Part shown: positions 31,377-39,942 of the stretch, in pieces
Numbering within the stretch: the first letter of the stretch is position 1
Layout of the letters: each line of letters opens with the position of its first letter
Source: an uncultured Actinomycetota bacterium
GTDB lineage: Bacteria; Actinomycetota; Actinomycetes; DATJPE01
Direction: 5' to 3'
NCBI GenBank assembly: GCA_963736655.1
Contig: CAVTPM010000015.1
Span: 455,449 to 519,448 of the forward strand
DNA: 64,000 bases
The notes under the pieces: generated by a model
Database searches by the model: none
What the model was told of the DNA's origin: nothing
What the model saw: the letters and a program-made list of their open reading frames with translations, nothing else
Translations under genes and position numbers: made by a program

Positions 31377-32184
31377 ATGGCCGGTGACGAGAGTGCGGCG
31401 TCGCCGCGGCGGCGCAGGCGCCGCAGCCGCACGGTCGCGATCGTGGTCGCCGCCCTGATCGCTCGGACTGCTCGTCGTGGCGTGGCCCCACGCTCAGCAC
31501 TTCTCGCAGGGGTTGCCACCCGATCAGTTCCGCGAGGAGCTCGACCCTGCCCTGCTGAAGGACTACACCGGAGTGCTGGGTGTCGCCCACAACGCGGCGA
31601 ACCGGCTCGACAGCCTTCAGGTCGCGCTCGACCACGGCGCCGACGTCGTCGAGGCCGACCTGATCTCGGTGAGAGGCGAGCTCGTGGCAGGGCGCGAGCA
31701 ACCCCTGTCCTGGCTCACGAACCACATCTTCCGGGGACCGACGCTGGCGCAGGTCTGGGACGCCGCGGCGCCCGCCGACGTCCTCAAGCTCGATCTCAAG
31801 CAGGGCGGCGACGCCTTCCTCGACGACCTCGTCGCGTTCCTGGCCCCGAGGCAGGGCACGCGGGAGGTCATGGTGGCGACCCGAGACCGCGACGCCCTCG
31901 TTCGGCTGCACCGCGAGCTGCCCGAGATCACGTTGCTCTTCAGCATCGGCTTCCCCGAGGGCGTGCAGCAGCTGCGCTCGGACGCTGAGCTGCAGGCGGC
32001 GGTCGGCGGGGTGACGATCTTCCACGGCCTGGTCGACACCAACCTCGTCAGCTGGCTGCACGGGCGCGACCTGCTCGTGCTCGCCTGGCCGGTCAACGAC
32101 GGCGAGCGGCTCAACGCCCTCGTACGGCTCCAGGTGGACGGGGTGACCACGGCCAACCTCGCGATCCTCGAGGTCCTGGCCTGA
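31377..32184 (+). pseudogene. Membrane-anchored PLC-like / glycerophosphodiester-phosphodiesterase-family protein, one frameshift (~31462)
   Basis: ATG at 31377: MAGDESAASPRRRRRRSRTVAIVVAALI, in the frame of ORF 31212..31988. It continues GLLVVAWPHAQHF...GVLGVAHNAAN...ALDHGADVVEADLISVRGELVAG...VDGVTTANL in ORF 31477..32184. Confidence 0.6.
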
Positions 32185-32198
32185 CCGTCAGCCCACGA

Positions 32199-33020
32199 TC
32201 AGGGCGCCGGAGCCAGCAGGGTCCTGAGCACGTCGTGCCAGTGCGCGAGCAGTGTGGCCAGGTGGGTTGCTCCTGGTCGAACGACGAGGCGGGCACCCTC
32301 GATCCGGGCTGCTAGCCAGTCACCTCCGGGCCGGGCACGTTCGTCGCGTTCGCCGTACCAGAGATGGGTGGGGCAACGCACCGCTGAGACGTCGATGTCC
32401 CAGGGCCGGAAGGTCAACGCAGCGTCGCGCAGGTAGCCACGGTGGTCGGCGAGCGCCTCGCGCACGGACGCCGCGATCTCTGCGGTGGACAACGCCCCAC
32501 GCAGGAGCGCCGCGTCCGGCGCGGGCAGGGCCGCGGTCCAGCGTGCGGCCAGGGCGACGTCGTCGTGGTCCTCCGGCGCGATTCCGGCCACCCACTCCTC
32601 GAACTCGGGGCGGTAGCGGTCCATGGCCCGCTCGACGGGCTCCCCGTCGGCGCGCTCGGGCGGCGACAGCGTCGCGAGCACCCCGAGCGCGGTGACCCGG
32701 CGGGGGTAGGAGGCAGCGCAGGCGACGGCGTACCCGCCACCGACGGACATGCCGAGCACCGCCACCTGATCGACCCCGAGGGCGTCCGCGACGCTCATGG
32801 CGTCAGCGGCCACGCTGGGGTGGGTCGAGGCGTCCACGTCGGAGCGCCCGTAGCCGGGGCGGTTGACGCACAGCAGCCGGACGCCGAGCTCACGGGCGGC
32901 GTCCTCGCCCGTGCGGGCCGCCCACCGAGTGTCCGGGCACCCGTGGAAGAACAGAACGACCGGACCGTCGGCCGCCCCACCGCACCAGAACTGCGCCGTC
33001 CGGCCGTCCGGCAGCCGCAT
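32199..33020 (-). CDS. Alpha/beta-fold hydrolase
   Basis: 273-aa ORF: VVLFFHGCPDTR..., nucleophile elbow LGMSVGG, C-terminus ...PGATHL. Confidence 0.85.
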   Translation of the reverse strand: MRLPDGRTAQFWCGGAADGPVVLFFHGCPDTRWAARTGEDAARELGVRLLCVNRPGYGRSDVDASTHPSVAADAMSVADALGVDQVAVLGMSVGGGYAVACAASYPRRVTALGVLATLSPPERADGEPVERAMDRYRPEFEEWVAGIAPEDHDDVALAARWTAALPAPDAALLRGALSTAEIAASVREALADHRGYLRDAALTFRPWDIDVSAVRCPTHLWYGERDERARPGGDWLAARIEGARLVVRPGATHLATLLAHWHDVLRTLLAPAP

Positions 33021-33094
33021 CAGGTCGTCGTCGGTCCACGCTCGAACCCTAGGCAGCCGCGGCAGCCAGCGGTTGCCAGGTCCATGATCGATGC

Positions 33095-34016
33095 ATGCGC
33101 GTCGGGTTGGTGCTGGGTGCTGGCGGCCTCACGGGTACGGCGTTCCACGCGGGCGTCCTCACGGCCCTGGCGGACGAGGTCGGTTGGGACGCTCGGGAGG
33201 CCGACGTCATCGTGGGCACGTCGGCCGGGGCGACCGGGGCCGCCCTCATGCGTGCTGGCTTCCCGCCCACCGACTACGTCGCCCGGATCCTCGGCGAGCC
33301 GCTGTCGGAGGAGGGCGCCGCTGTCCTCGACGGGATGCCCGGGCTCTCTCAGCCGTCAGCGCACTCCCCGGTGCAGCGGCGACCGGCGGCCCCCGGTCTG
33401 CCGCTGCGACTCGTGCGGCGGCCCAGGCACCTCCGTCCGGGCGTGGTGGCCGCAGCCCTGCTGCCGGCCGGGACCCGACCGGTCGACCTAGGAGCCGCGC
33501 GGCTGGGCGGGCTCTTCCAAGGCTGGCCGGTGCTCCCGATGTGGATCTGCGCGGTGAGCCTGGACTCCGGCCGCCGCACGGTGTTCGGTCGCGACAGGGA
33601 GGCTTCGGTGGCTGACGCGGTGGCTGCGTCCTGCGCCGTCCCCGGCTACTTCGCTCCGGTGACGATCGACGGCGAGCGCTTCGTCGACGGCGGGGCCTGG
33701 TCCCTGCTCAACCTCGACCTGCTGGCCGGGGCCGATCTGGACCTCGTCGTGGTGTCGGCGCCGATGTCGACGTCGGACTGGGTCGCGCGCGACCCCGGCA
33801 ACGTCGTACGGCTGCTCGCCCGCGGCCATCTCGATCGCGAGGTTGCCCAGGTCCGTAAGACGGGACGCGGGTCGTGGTGTTCCAGCCGGACGCCAGGTTC
33901 GGCAGGTCATGCGTGGCGGGTCGATGGACATGCGACGACGGGCGCCGGTCGCACGGGCTACGCGAGAGTACGTCGGTGCGCTCCTGCGCGACGGTCAGGT
34001 GATGGACGCCTGGTAG
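33095..34016 (+). pseudogene. Patatin-like phospholipase, two frameshifts near the 3' end (~33870, ~33893)
   Basis: ORF 33095..35107 begins MRVGLVLGAGGLTGTAFHAGVL (oxyanion GGxxG), with GTSAG (Ser) and FVDGGAWS (Asp). After ...VRKTGRG the sense continues in other frames: VVVFQPDA / QVRQVMRGGSMDMRRRAPVARATREYVGALLRDGQVMDAW, with a stop at 34014-34016. Confidence 0.8.
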
Positions 34017-34882
34017 ATGCTCTCGATCGAGGCGTCGAGGGCGGCGTCGAACTCGGCGTCGCTCATCTGCGCGGTGAGTCCTTCGGTGAGGGCCCGGGAG
34101 AAGCTGGCCACCACCCCGTGGTTGCGGGCGAGGCGAGCGTTGGCCTCGGCGCGGGTGTAGCCGCCGGACAGCGCGACGACCCGGAGCACACGAGGGTGTC
34201 CCACCAGCTCGGCGTGGAAGCCGTCCTGCTCAGGGAGCGTGAGCTTGAGCATGACGTGCTGGTCAGCCGGGAGCTCGTCGAGCCCGGCGAGGAGATCCGC
34301 CTTGAGCAGGACCTCAGCCGCTTCCTTCTGCGGGCTGTTGATGTCGATCTCGGGCTCCAGGATCGGCACGAGACCGGCCGCGAGGATCCGGCGGCCCACC
34401 TCGAACTGCTGGCCCACGACGGCCGCCACTCCGGTCGGGTCCGCGAGCTTGATGACCGAGCGCATCTTGGTGCCGAAGACTCCGAGCGCCTTCGCCCGTG
34501 CGAGGACGGAGTCGAGGCCGGGGATCGGCTTCATGACCTTGGCGCCGTTCGAATCGTCCGCGAGGCCCAGGTCGACCTTGAGGAAGGGAACGACGTTCTT
34601 CTGCTCCCACAGGTACTCCGCGGTCCCCGAGCCTTCGATCTGACGATCCATCGTCTGCTCGAACAGGATCGACCCGAGGATCCGCTCACCGGTGAACGCC
34701 GGGCTCGTGATGATCCGGGCCCGCATCTCGTGGATGCGGTCGAACATCTCCGCCTCGCTGGTGTAGGCGGTCTCATCCACGCCGTAGCGGCGCAGGGCGC
34801 TCGGCGTGCTGCCGCCGGACTGGTCGAGAGCCGCGATGAACCCGTTGGCGCTCTTCATCTTCTCGAACTGGAGGTCGTTCAC
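33995..34882 (-). CDS. Class I fructose-bisphosphate aldolase
   Basis: ORF 33995..34924(-), with the start set at a GTG (VNDLQFEKMKSANGFIAALDQSGGSTPSAL...). The whole length resembles the bacterial class I FBA family. The frame is intact. Confidence 0.85.
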   Translation of the reverse strand: MNDLQFEKMKSANGFIAALDQSGGSTPSALRRYGVDETAYTSEAEMFDRIHEMRARIITSPAFTGERILGSILFEQTMDRQIEGSGTAEYLWEQKNVVPFLKVDLGLADDSNGAKVMKPIPGLDSVLARAKALGVFGTKMRSVIKLADPTGVAAVVGQQFEVGRRILAAGLVPILEPEIDINSPQKEAAEVLLKADLLAGLDELPADQHVMLKLTLPEQDGFHAELVGHPRVLRVVALSGGYTRAEANARLARNHGVVASFSRALTEGLTAQMSDAEFDAALDASIESIYQASIT

Positions 34883-35021
34883 GAGTGTCCTCTCGCAGTG
34901 CAGTCTCTGCTCCCCCTGCATCATCTCGACCTTCCCACCCCCGGACGCGCGGCGGCAGAGGCAAAAGTCCCAGGCGGACGTCGCCGGGGTATCGGCGTCG
35001 GGTTCAGCAGTCGAACCACGG

Positions 35022-36056
35022 TCAGTACATCGTCGTTCGGGTCAGGTGGTGGGGCCAGTGCGTCGTGTGGAAGTGCGTCCACAGCCGAGCATCCACCTGG
35101 GGCGTGATCAGCTGCCGATCTGCCGGCCGGCGGGCGTTGAGCTCGGCGCGCAGCAGGTCGCACGCGAACAGGCTGTGGGCTCGCAGCTCGACCTCCCATG
35201 CGCTGCCGGCCGGGATCTCCGTGCGGGCGGCGATCGCCGCCTCGAGCGCCGGCGAGTACTCGAGGATGCCCATCACCCGCAGCGCCACCGGCACGATGTA
35301 GTCGGCGAACGCGGTCATCTGGTCCATGTCCTCGATCGGGAACCGGTTCCCCTCGTGGAGGCTCGCGTACGTCATCCACAGCGCCAGCTGCGCGAGCTTG
35401 AAGAACTGCGGCCGCGCAGAGCCGTACTCGCTCACGTCGTCGAAGCGTGGGAACTCGCTGACCAGCCGTTCGAGCAGGCCGTCTCCCCCGGCGTAGAGGC
35501 GCGGAGCGCAGGACGCGGTGAAATGGTGGAACCGGCCGTCGTAGGTCTCCGCCAGCACGCGGCCCACCTCGTTGAAGATGCGCACCCGCTCGTCGAGCAT
35601 CGGTATCTCGGTGGTCCCCCGAAAGACCCGCTCGAGGTCAGCGCGGGTCACCGTCGCGAGGTAGTCCCCGTCGAGGAAGGGGATGCCGTCCTCGACGGCG
35701 CGCCTGATCGAGACCAGCATCGCGTCGGAGTCCGACCAGGTACGGCCGGCGTAGTCGGCCGTGAAGGTCACGCGGGTGGCGAAGTCTGTGTAGGCGAAGT
35801 TGATGCTGTTGCCGACGAACAGGAAGTCGATGGTGTCGGCGTCCGTGGTGCCCCAGGGCAGCGGGAACGGCGAGGTCGGCGGGCCGAACCCCTCATAGGC
35901 CATCCAGTCCGCGACCGCCGTGATCTTGGCGAGGTTGGTGCGCACGTCACGGGACTCGGCGATGACCGGGTCGAGGCTGACGAGCACCGCAGGACGAGAC
36001 GGCACGGGCACCTCGGCTCTCGGTGACACGGCGGGGCTTGCCACACTACGGCGCAT
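35022..36056 (-). CDS. Queuosine-salvage protein (DUF2419 / Qng1-like queuosine 5'-phosphate N-glycosylase/hydrolase)
   Basis: ORF 35022..36122(-). Blocks match the Qng1 family as I recall it: FVGNSINFAYT, SIRRAVEDGIPFLDGDYLATVT, PMLDERVRIFNEVGRVL, FFKLAQLALWMTY, MTAFADYIVPVAL, EVELRAHSLFACDLL, PHHLTRTTMY. The start is uncertain (36056, or a downstream GTG). Confidence 0.8.
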   Translation of the reverse strand: MRRSVASPAVSPRAEVPVPSRPAVLVSLDPVIAESRDVRTNLAKITAVADWMAYEGFGPPTSPFPLPWGTTDADTIDFLFVGNSINFAYTDFATRVTFTADYAGRTWSDSDAMLVSIRRAVEDGIPFLDGDYLATVTRADLERVFRGTTEIPMLDERVRIFNEVGRVLAETYDGRFHHFTASCAPRLYAGGDGLLERLVSEFPRFDDVSEYGSARPQFFKLAQLALWMTYASLHEGNRFPIEDMDQMTAFADYIVPVALRVMGILEYSPALEAAIAARTEIPAGSAWEVELRAHSLFACDLLRAELNARRPADRQLITPQVDARLWTHFHTTHWPHHLTRTTMY

Positions 36057-37011
36057 GACCGACGAGCCGGCGACCCAGCCCACGATCGCGGTGGTCGGCA
36101 GCACGATGGTCGACATGGTCACCTACGTCGACCGGGTGCCCGTTGCCGGCGAGACGACCACCGGCCAGGAGTTCGTCCTCGGCTTCGGCGGCAAGGGGGC
36201 CAACCAGGCGGTGATGGCGGCGCGACTCGGCGCCCAGGTGCGAATGGCTACCTGCCTCGGCGACGACGTGTTCGCGGACTCGACGCTGGCCAACCTGCTG
36301 ACCCAGGGCGTCGACGTGTCCGGAGTCGTACGGGCGCAAGGGGTGGCGTCCGGGGTCGCCCCCATCTGGGTCGAGCCGGACGGCAGCAACCGGATCATCG
36401 TCGTGCCAGGGGCGAACGACCGACTCTCGGTTGCTGACGCACTCTCGGTGCTGACGTCCCAGCCGCGCCCTGCCGTCGTGGTGGGGCAGCTCGAGGTGCC
36501 GGAGCCGGTCACCGCCGCGGCCTTCGCGCGGGCCCGGGAGCTCGACATCATCACGGTCCTGAACCCCGCACCCGCAGGGACGCTGATCCCGGCGCTGTTG
36601 GCCGCCACCGACTGGTTGGTGCCGAACGAGACCGAGTTCGCGGCCCTGGGCTCGCTGGTCGGTGGCTCGCTCGACCCGACGTCCACGGAGGACGTACGGC
36701 GCTGCGCGGAAGCCCTGGGTGTACGGCTGCTCGTCACGCTCGGGGCCGCTGGGGCGACCTGGGTGGCAAGGGACGGCGAGGTCCTGTCGGTGCCTGCTCC
36801 TCCGGTCACCGCCGTCGACACCACCGGTGCCGGTGACGCGTTCGTCGGCGCGTTCGCCTATGCCCTCGCCGCCGGGTGGGATGAGCCGGCGGCCGTGCGC
36901 CTGGGCTGCGCGTGCGCGTCCGACAGCGTCACCCGCCGTGGCACGCAGGCGTCGTTCCCGGACGACGCGGCGCTGGAGCCCCTCGTGGCCCGCGCACGTC
37001 AGGGCAGCTGA
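36055..37011 (+). CDS. rbsK: Ribokinase (PfkB family)
   Basis: ORF 35920..37011, with the start at MTDEPATQPTIAVVGS. Motifs: GFGGKGANQAVMAARLG, VVPGAN, NETE, DTTGAGDAF. Confidence 0.8.
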   Translation: MTDEPATQPTIAVVGSTMVDMVTYVDRVPVAGETTTGQEFVLGFGGKGANQAVMAARLGAQVRMATCLGDDVFADSTLANLLTQGVDVSGVVRAQGVASGVAPIWVEPDGSNRIIVVPGANDRLSVADALSVLTSQPRPAVVVGQLEVPEPVTAAAFARARELDIITVLNPAPAGTLIPALLAATDWLVPNETEFAALGSLVGGSLDPTSTEDVRRCAEALGVRLLVTLGAAGATWVARDGEVLSVPAPPVTAVDTTGAGDAFVGAFAYALAAGWDEPAAVRLGCACASDSVTRRGTQASFPDDAALEPLVARARQGS

Positions 37012-37063
37012 GGGTGGTACCGGACCGCCGCCTCGGTCGCAGCCCGGTCGGTAGCCTTGCGGC

Positions 37064-37300
37064 ATGAGCACCTACAAGGTCGAACCGGCCGACCGTTCCT
37101 GGACCACCACGAAGGTGGTCGCCGTGATCGTGGCCATCCTCACCGCGGGCTACATGTTGCCCTGGGCCATCGCCGCGGTGCGCGACGTCCCGCACTGGGG
37201 CGTCTTCTGGATCAACCTGCTGCTCGGCTGGACGATCATCGGCTGGATCTGGGCGCTGGTCCTGTCGCTTCGCACCCAGCGGCTGACCATCACCGGCTAG
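37064..37300 (+). CDS. Small membrane protein of the superinfection-immunity (Imm-like) family
   Basis: 78-aa ORF: YMLPWAIAAVRDVPHWGVFWINLLLGWTIIGWIWALVLSL. Confidence 0.7.
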   Translation: MSTYKVEPADRSWTTTKVVAVIVAILTAGYMLPWAIAAVRDVPHWGVFWINLLLGWTIIGWIWALVLSLRTQRLTITG

Positions 37301-37347
37301 CAGGGAAGTCGGTTCCCGCCGGGCTCCGGGGCCGTAGGGTCACGGGC

Positions 37348-37899
37348 ATGAGCGGGCTGACGTACCTCATCCTCGACGGCGAGAACATCGACGCGACGCT
37401 CGGGACCAGCGTGCTCGGCCGCAAACCAGGAGCCGAGGAGCGGCCGCGTTGGGACCGCGTCCGCACGTACTCAGAGGACGTCTGGGAGCAGCCGGTCAAG
37501 GCGCTGTTCTTCCTCAACGCCTCCTCCGGCGTGCTGCCGATGCCGTTCATCCAGGCCCTCGTCGCCATGGACTACCGGCCCATCCCGCTGGCCGGGTCCG
37601 GGGCGCAGAAGGTCGTCGACATCGGCATCAAACGGACGCTGTCCGCCATCCTCGAGCACGAGGGCGACGTCCTGCTGGCCAGTCACGACGGTGACTTCTT
37701 CCCCGAGGTGAAGGCCCTGCTCGAAGCCGGGCGGCGGGTGGGGATCCTGGCGTTCCGCGAGTTCATCAACGCCGGGCTGGCTGAGCTCCCGGGCCTCGAG
37801 CTGTACGACCTCGAGCACCACGCCAAGGCCTTCAACCAGCCGCTGCCGCGCATCCGGATCATCCCGGTCGACGAGTTCGACCCGATGGCCTTCCTCTGA
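37348..37899 (+). CDS. NYN-domain (LabA/PIN-like) protein
   Basis: Tail of ORF 37057..37899 from MSGLTYLILDGENIDATLG. Also contains ...VVDIGIKRTL...VLLASHDGDFFPEV...RRVGILAF. Confidence 0.7.
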   Translation: MSGLTYLILDGENIDATLGTSVLGRKPGAEERPRWDRVRTYSEDVWEQPVKALFFLNASSGVLPMPFIQALVAMDYRPIPLAGSGAQKVVDIGIKRTLSAILEHEGDVLLASHDGDFFPEVKALLEAGRRVGILAFREFINAGLAELPGLELYDLEHHAKAFNQPLPRIRIIPVDEFDPMAFL

Positions 37900-37906
37900 G
37901 CGCGGA

Positions 37907-38224
37907 CTACCACGCCCCGCTGGCGAGAAGGTCCTCGGCCGCTGGGCAGAACATCGGTTCGTACCGAGCGTCGCGCTGACCTCTCCCCCAGACGTTCATC
38001 AGCACCTCGCAGTCGCAGAAGCCACCGTGCGCCTTGAGCCACGCTGTGAGACCCGGCATAGGGACCGGCTGCGCGTCGCCCCAGCGTTCCGAGTGCTGGT
38101 GGCCTGCGCATCCGTGGGTCGCCACGACGTCCTCGAGGTAGCAGAACAGGCACTGCCCGAGCGCGGGCACGGGAGGCTCATCGCACTGCGGCGTGGCAGC
38201 GACGGGGACGTTGGGGGTAGGCAT
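37907..38224 (-). CDS. Small Cys/His-rich protein (DUF2695-like)
   Basis: 105-aa ORF: CLFCYLEDVVATHGCAGHQHSERW...WLKAHGGFCDCEVLMN. The family assignment is tentative. Confidence 0.5.
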   Translation of the reverse strand: MPTPNVPVAATPQCDEPPVPALGQCLFCYLEDVVATHGCAGHQHSERWGDAQPVPMPGLTAWLKAHGGFCDCEVLMNVWGRGQRDARYEPMFCPAAEDLLASGAW

Positions 38225-38277
38225 GGATTCTCCTTAGGTGTGAATGGACTGGGGTTGCCCAGGCTCGAAACGAGCGG

Positions 38278-39549
38278 CTAGCCGGGCAGGGTGAGCTGTC
38301 GTGGGTAGGTGGTGCCGTACCAGTGGTCGTCGGGGCCTGTGAAGCGCAGGCCGCCGTCGGCCATGAGTTCGACGTGGATGCCTCGCGCGTGGACCCATTC
38401 GTGGTGGGCCCAGCACAGCAGGTAGCCGTTGTCGACGCTGGTGACTCCGCCGCGGTGCCACGCGAGGCGGTGGTGACCCTCGCACAACCGGGGTGGGGCG
38501 TTGCACCCGGGGGCCCGGCAGCCGCCGTCCCGGGCGTCCAAAGCACGGCGGCGGGGACCGGTGAACGTGCGCTGGGTTCTCCCGACGTCGAGGACCTGAC
38601 CCGCTGGTCCGAACACGACCCGGGTGACCTCGCTGTCACACGCGATCCGGTCGAGGACCGACCGCGGGATCGGCGTCTTCGACTCCTGAAGGACCGCAGG
38701 GTCGAGGCCGGTCAGGCCGGGCAGGCCGATCAGGGTGCGCCAGTCGACGTGCACCACGAGCTGGGGGCGCACCGCTCCGAGGGTGCCCAGGCCCCCGGAG
38801 GACAAAGCGAGCTGAGCCAGGGTGGCGAGCGCATCGTGCCTGCGCCGGCTGGGTGACCGGCCGTCGTTCGCCGCCGGGGTTCCGATCACCGCGGCCAGCG
38901 CCGTGGACAGGGCCTCCCCCACCTCGGGAGTGGCGAACCCGCGCAGGTGGACCCCGTCCATCGTCTCGGCGAGGTCGAAGTGGAAGTCGTCGGCTGCGGC
39001 ACGGCGCTTGGCGTCGTCGGCGTCGGGATCGACCCGGTAAGCCCAACGGGCCACCACCTGTTTGAACGCATCCACGCCCAGCCCGGCGTGGACCAACAAC
39101 GATCCCTCGCCCCGCACCTCATCCGCGAGGGCCTCGACGCGGGCAGGGCTGCCACACGCGCCCCGGGACAGCACCAGGGCGTGCTCCGCGGAGAGGACAC
39201 CCGCGCGCAACGCCTGAGCGGTCAGCGGCAACACCGTCGCGAGCCGCTCGGCAAGCTTCAGGTCACTGCCGGTCTTCGCACCCGACGCGCCGGTGGCGCG
39301 CTCCAAGAACGCCCGGGCGCTCCGCGAGCCGTCCAACCCCCACACCCCGGACTCCCGCACCACCCGGGTCGCCGTCAAGGACACCGACTCCAGCTGCGCG
39401 AGCATCGGCCGCACCAGGCCGAGCAGCTCCACCGCCTCCTGACCCGACAGGCCCCACCCCCCGGCTGCGTCAGCCAACGCGCCTACGGCCTCGCCGGCGA
39501 CCTCCGCGCGCGCCAGCACCCCGGACGGGGGAAGCTCGAGGACGGACAC
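38278..39549 (-). CDS. DUF222-domain HNH endonuclease (REP13E12-like family)
   Basis: ORF 38278..39654(-). The start is proposed at GTG 39549, 11 nt after GGAGGTG. The C-terminal HNH core is CRAPGCNAPPRLCEGHHRLAWHRGGVTSVDNGYLLCWAHHEWVH. The N-terminal 2/3 has the typical DUF222 layout. Confidence 0.8.
   Translation of the reverse strand: MSVLELPPSGVLARAEVAGEAVGALADAAGGWGLSGQEAVELLGLVRPMLAQLESVSLTATRVVRESGVWGLDGSRSARAFLERATGASGAKTGSDLKLAERLATVLPLTAQALRAGVLSAEHALVLSRGACGSPARVEALADEVRGEGSLLVHAGLGVDAFKQVVARWAYRVDPDADDAKRRAAADDFHFDLAETMDGVHLRGFATPEVGEALSTALAAVIGTPAANDGRSPSRRRHDALATLAQLALSSGGLGTLGAVRPQLVVHVDWRTLIGLPGLTGLDPAVLQESKTPIPRSVLDRIACDSEVTRVVFGPAGQVLDVGRTQRTFTGPRRRALDARDGGCRAPGCNAPPRLCEGHHRLAWHRGGVTSVDNGYLLCWAHHEWVHARGIHVELMADGGLRFTGPDDHWYGTTYPRQLTLPG
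38574..38639. repeat. 66-bp block identical to 62497..62562 (within the HNH gene)
   Basis: gggttctcccgacgtcgaggacctgacccgctggtccgaacacgacccgggtgacctcgctgtcac occurs at both places. The 3' ~50 bp of the gene (38281-38330) is also ~85% identical to 62377-62425. Confidence 0.9.
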
Positions 39550-39942
39550 GGGGACGATCACCTCCGATGACGGGACACGGTCACGGCGCCCCCGCGGACA
39601 CCCCACGCCAACCGGCCGAATCCTGAGCGGAAGGGCGGAAGGGCGGGGCAGCAAGGACCCGACAACGAGTGGGGCGCAGGGCGCCGGTTACGGCACCAGC
39701 CGGGCGATGAACCCGGCCGCATCATCAGGCTCTGAGGCCTATCCCATCAGTGCGAACGTATGAACGATTCTGCCAGACACCACCGACAAGGCGCAACCCC
39801 GAACACCCGCATGTGGACACGTGGGTCGGTGGACAGAAGACCCGCCGGCCGCACCGACCCTCGACCGTTGTCGGTGCCGCGCCCTAGGCTCCGATCCGCG
39901 CGCTGAACGCGCCACCAAGCCGTACGACCCAGAGGATGACCC

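Noticed and set aside
33995-34016. A 22-nt tail-to-tail overlap of the patatin and FBA genes.
   Set aside because: The overlap is short, and such overlaps are common for convergent genes in compact actinobacterial genomes. The patatin 3' end itself depends on my frameshift reconstruction.
39823-39860. A 9-bp stem hairpin (gggtcggtg...caccgaccc, 20-nt loop) plus a distant 9-bp inverted repeat (ccgacaacg/cgttgtcgg, ~200 bp apart) in the 390-bp gap upstream of the HNH and VOC genes.
   Set aside because: The stems are short enough to arise by chance in GC-rich DNA. No gene ends nearby that would need a terminator. There is no similarity to a known riboswitch or sRNA that I can recognise.
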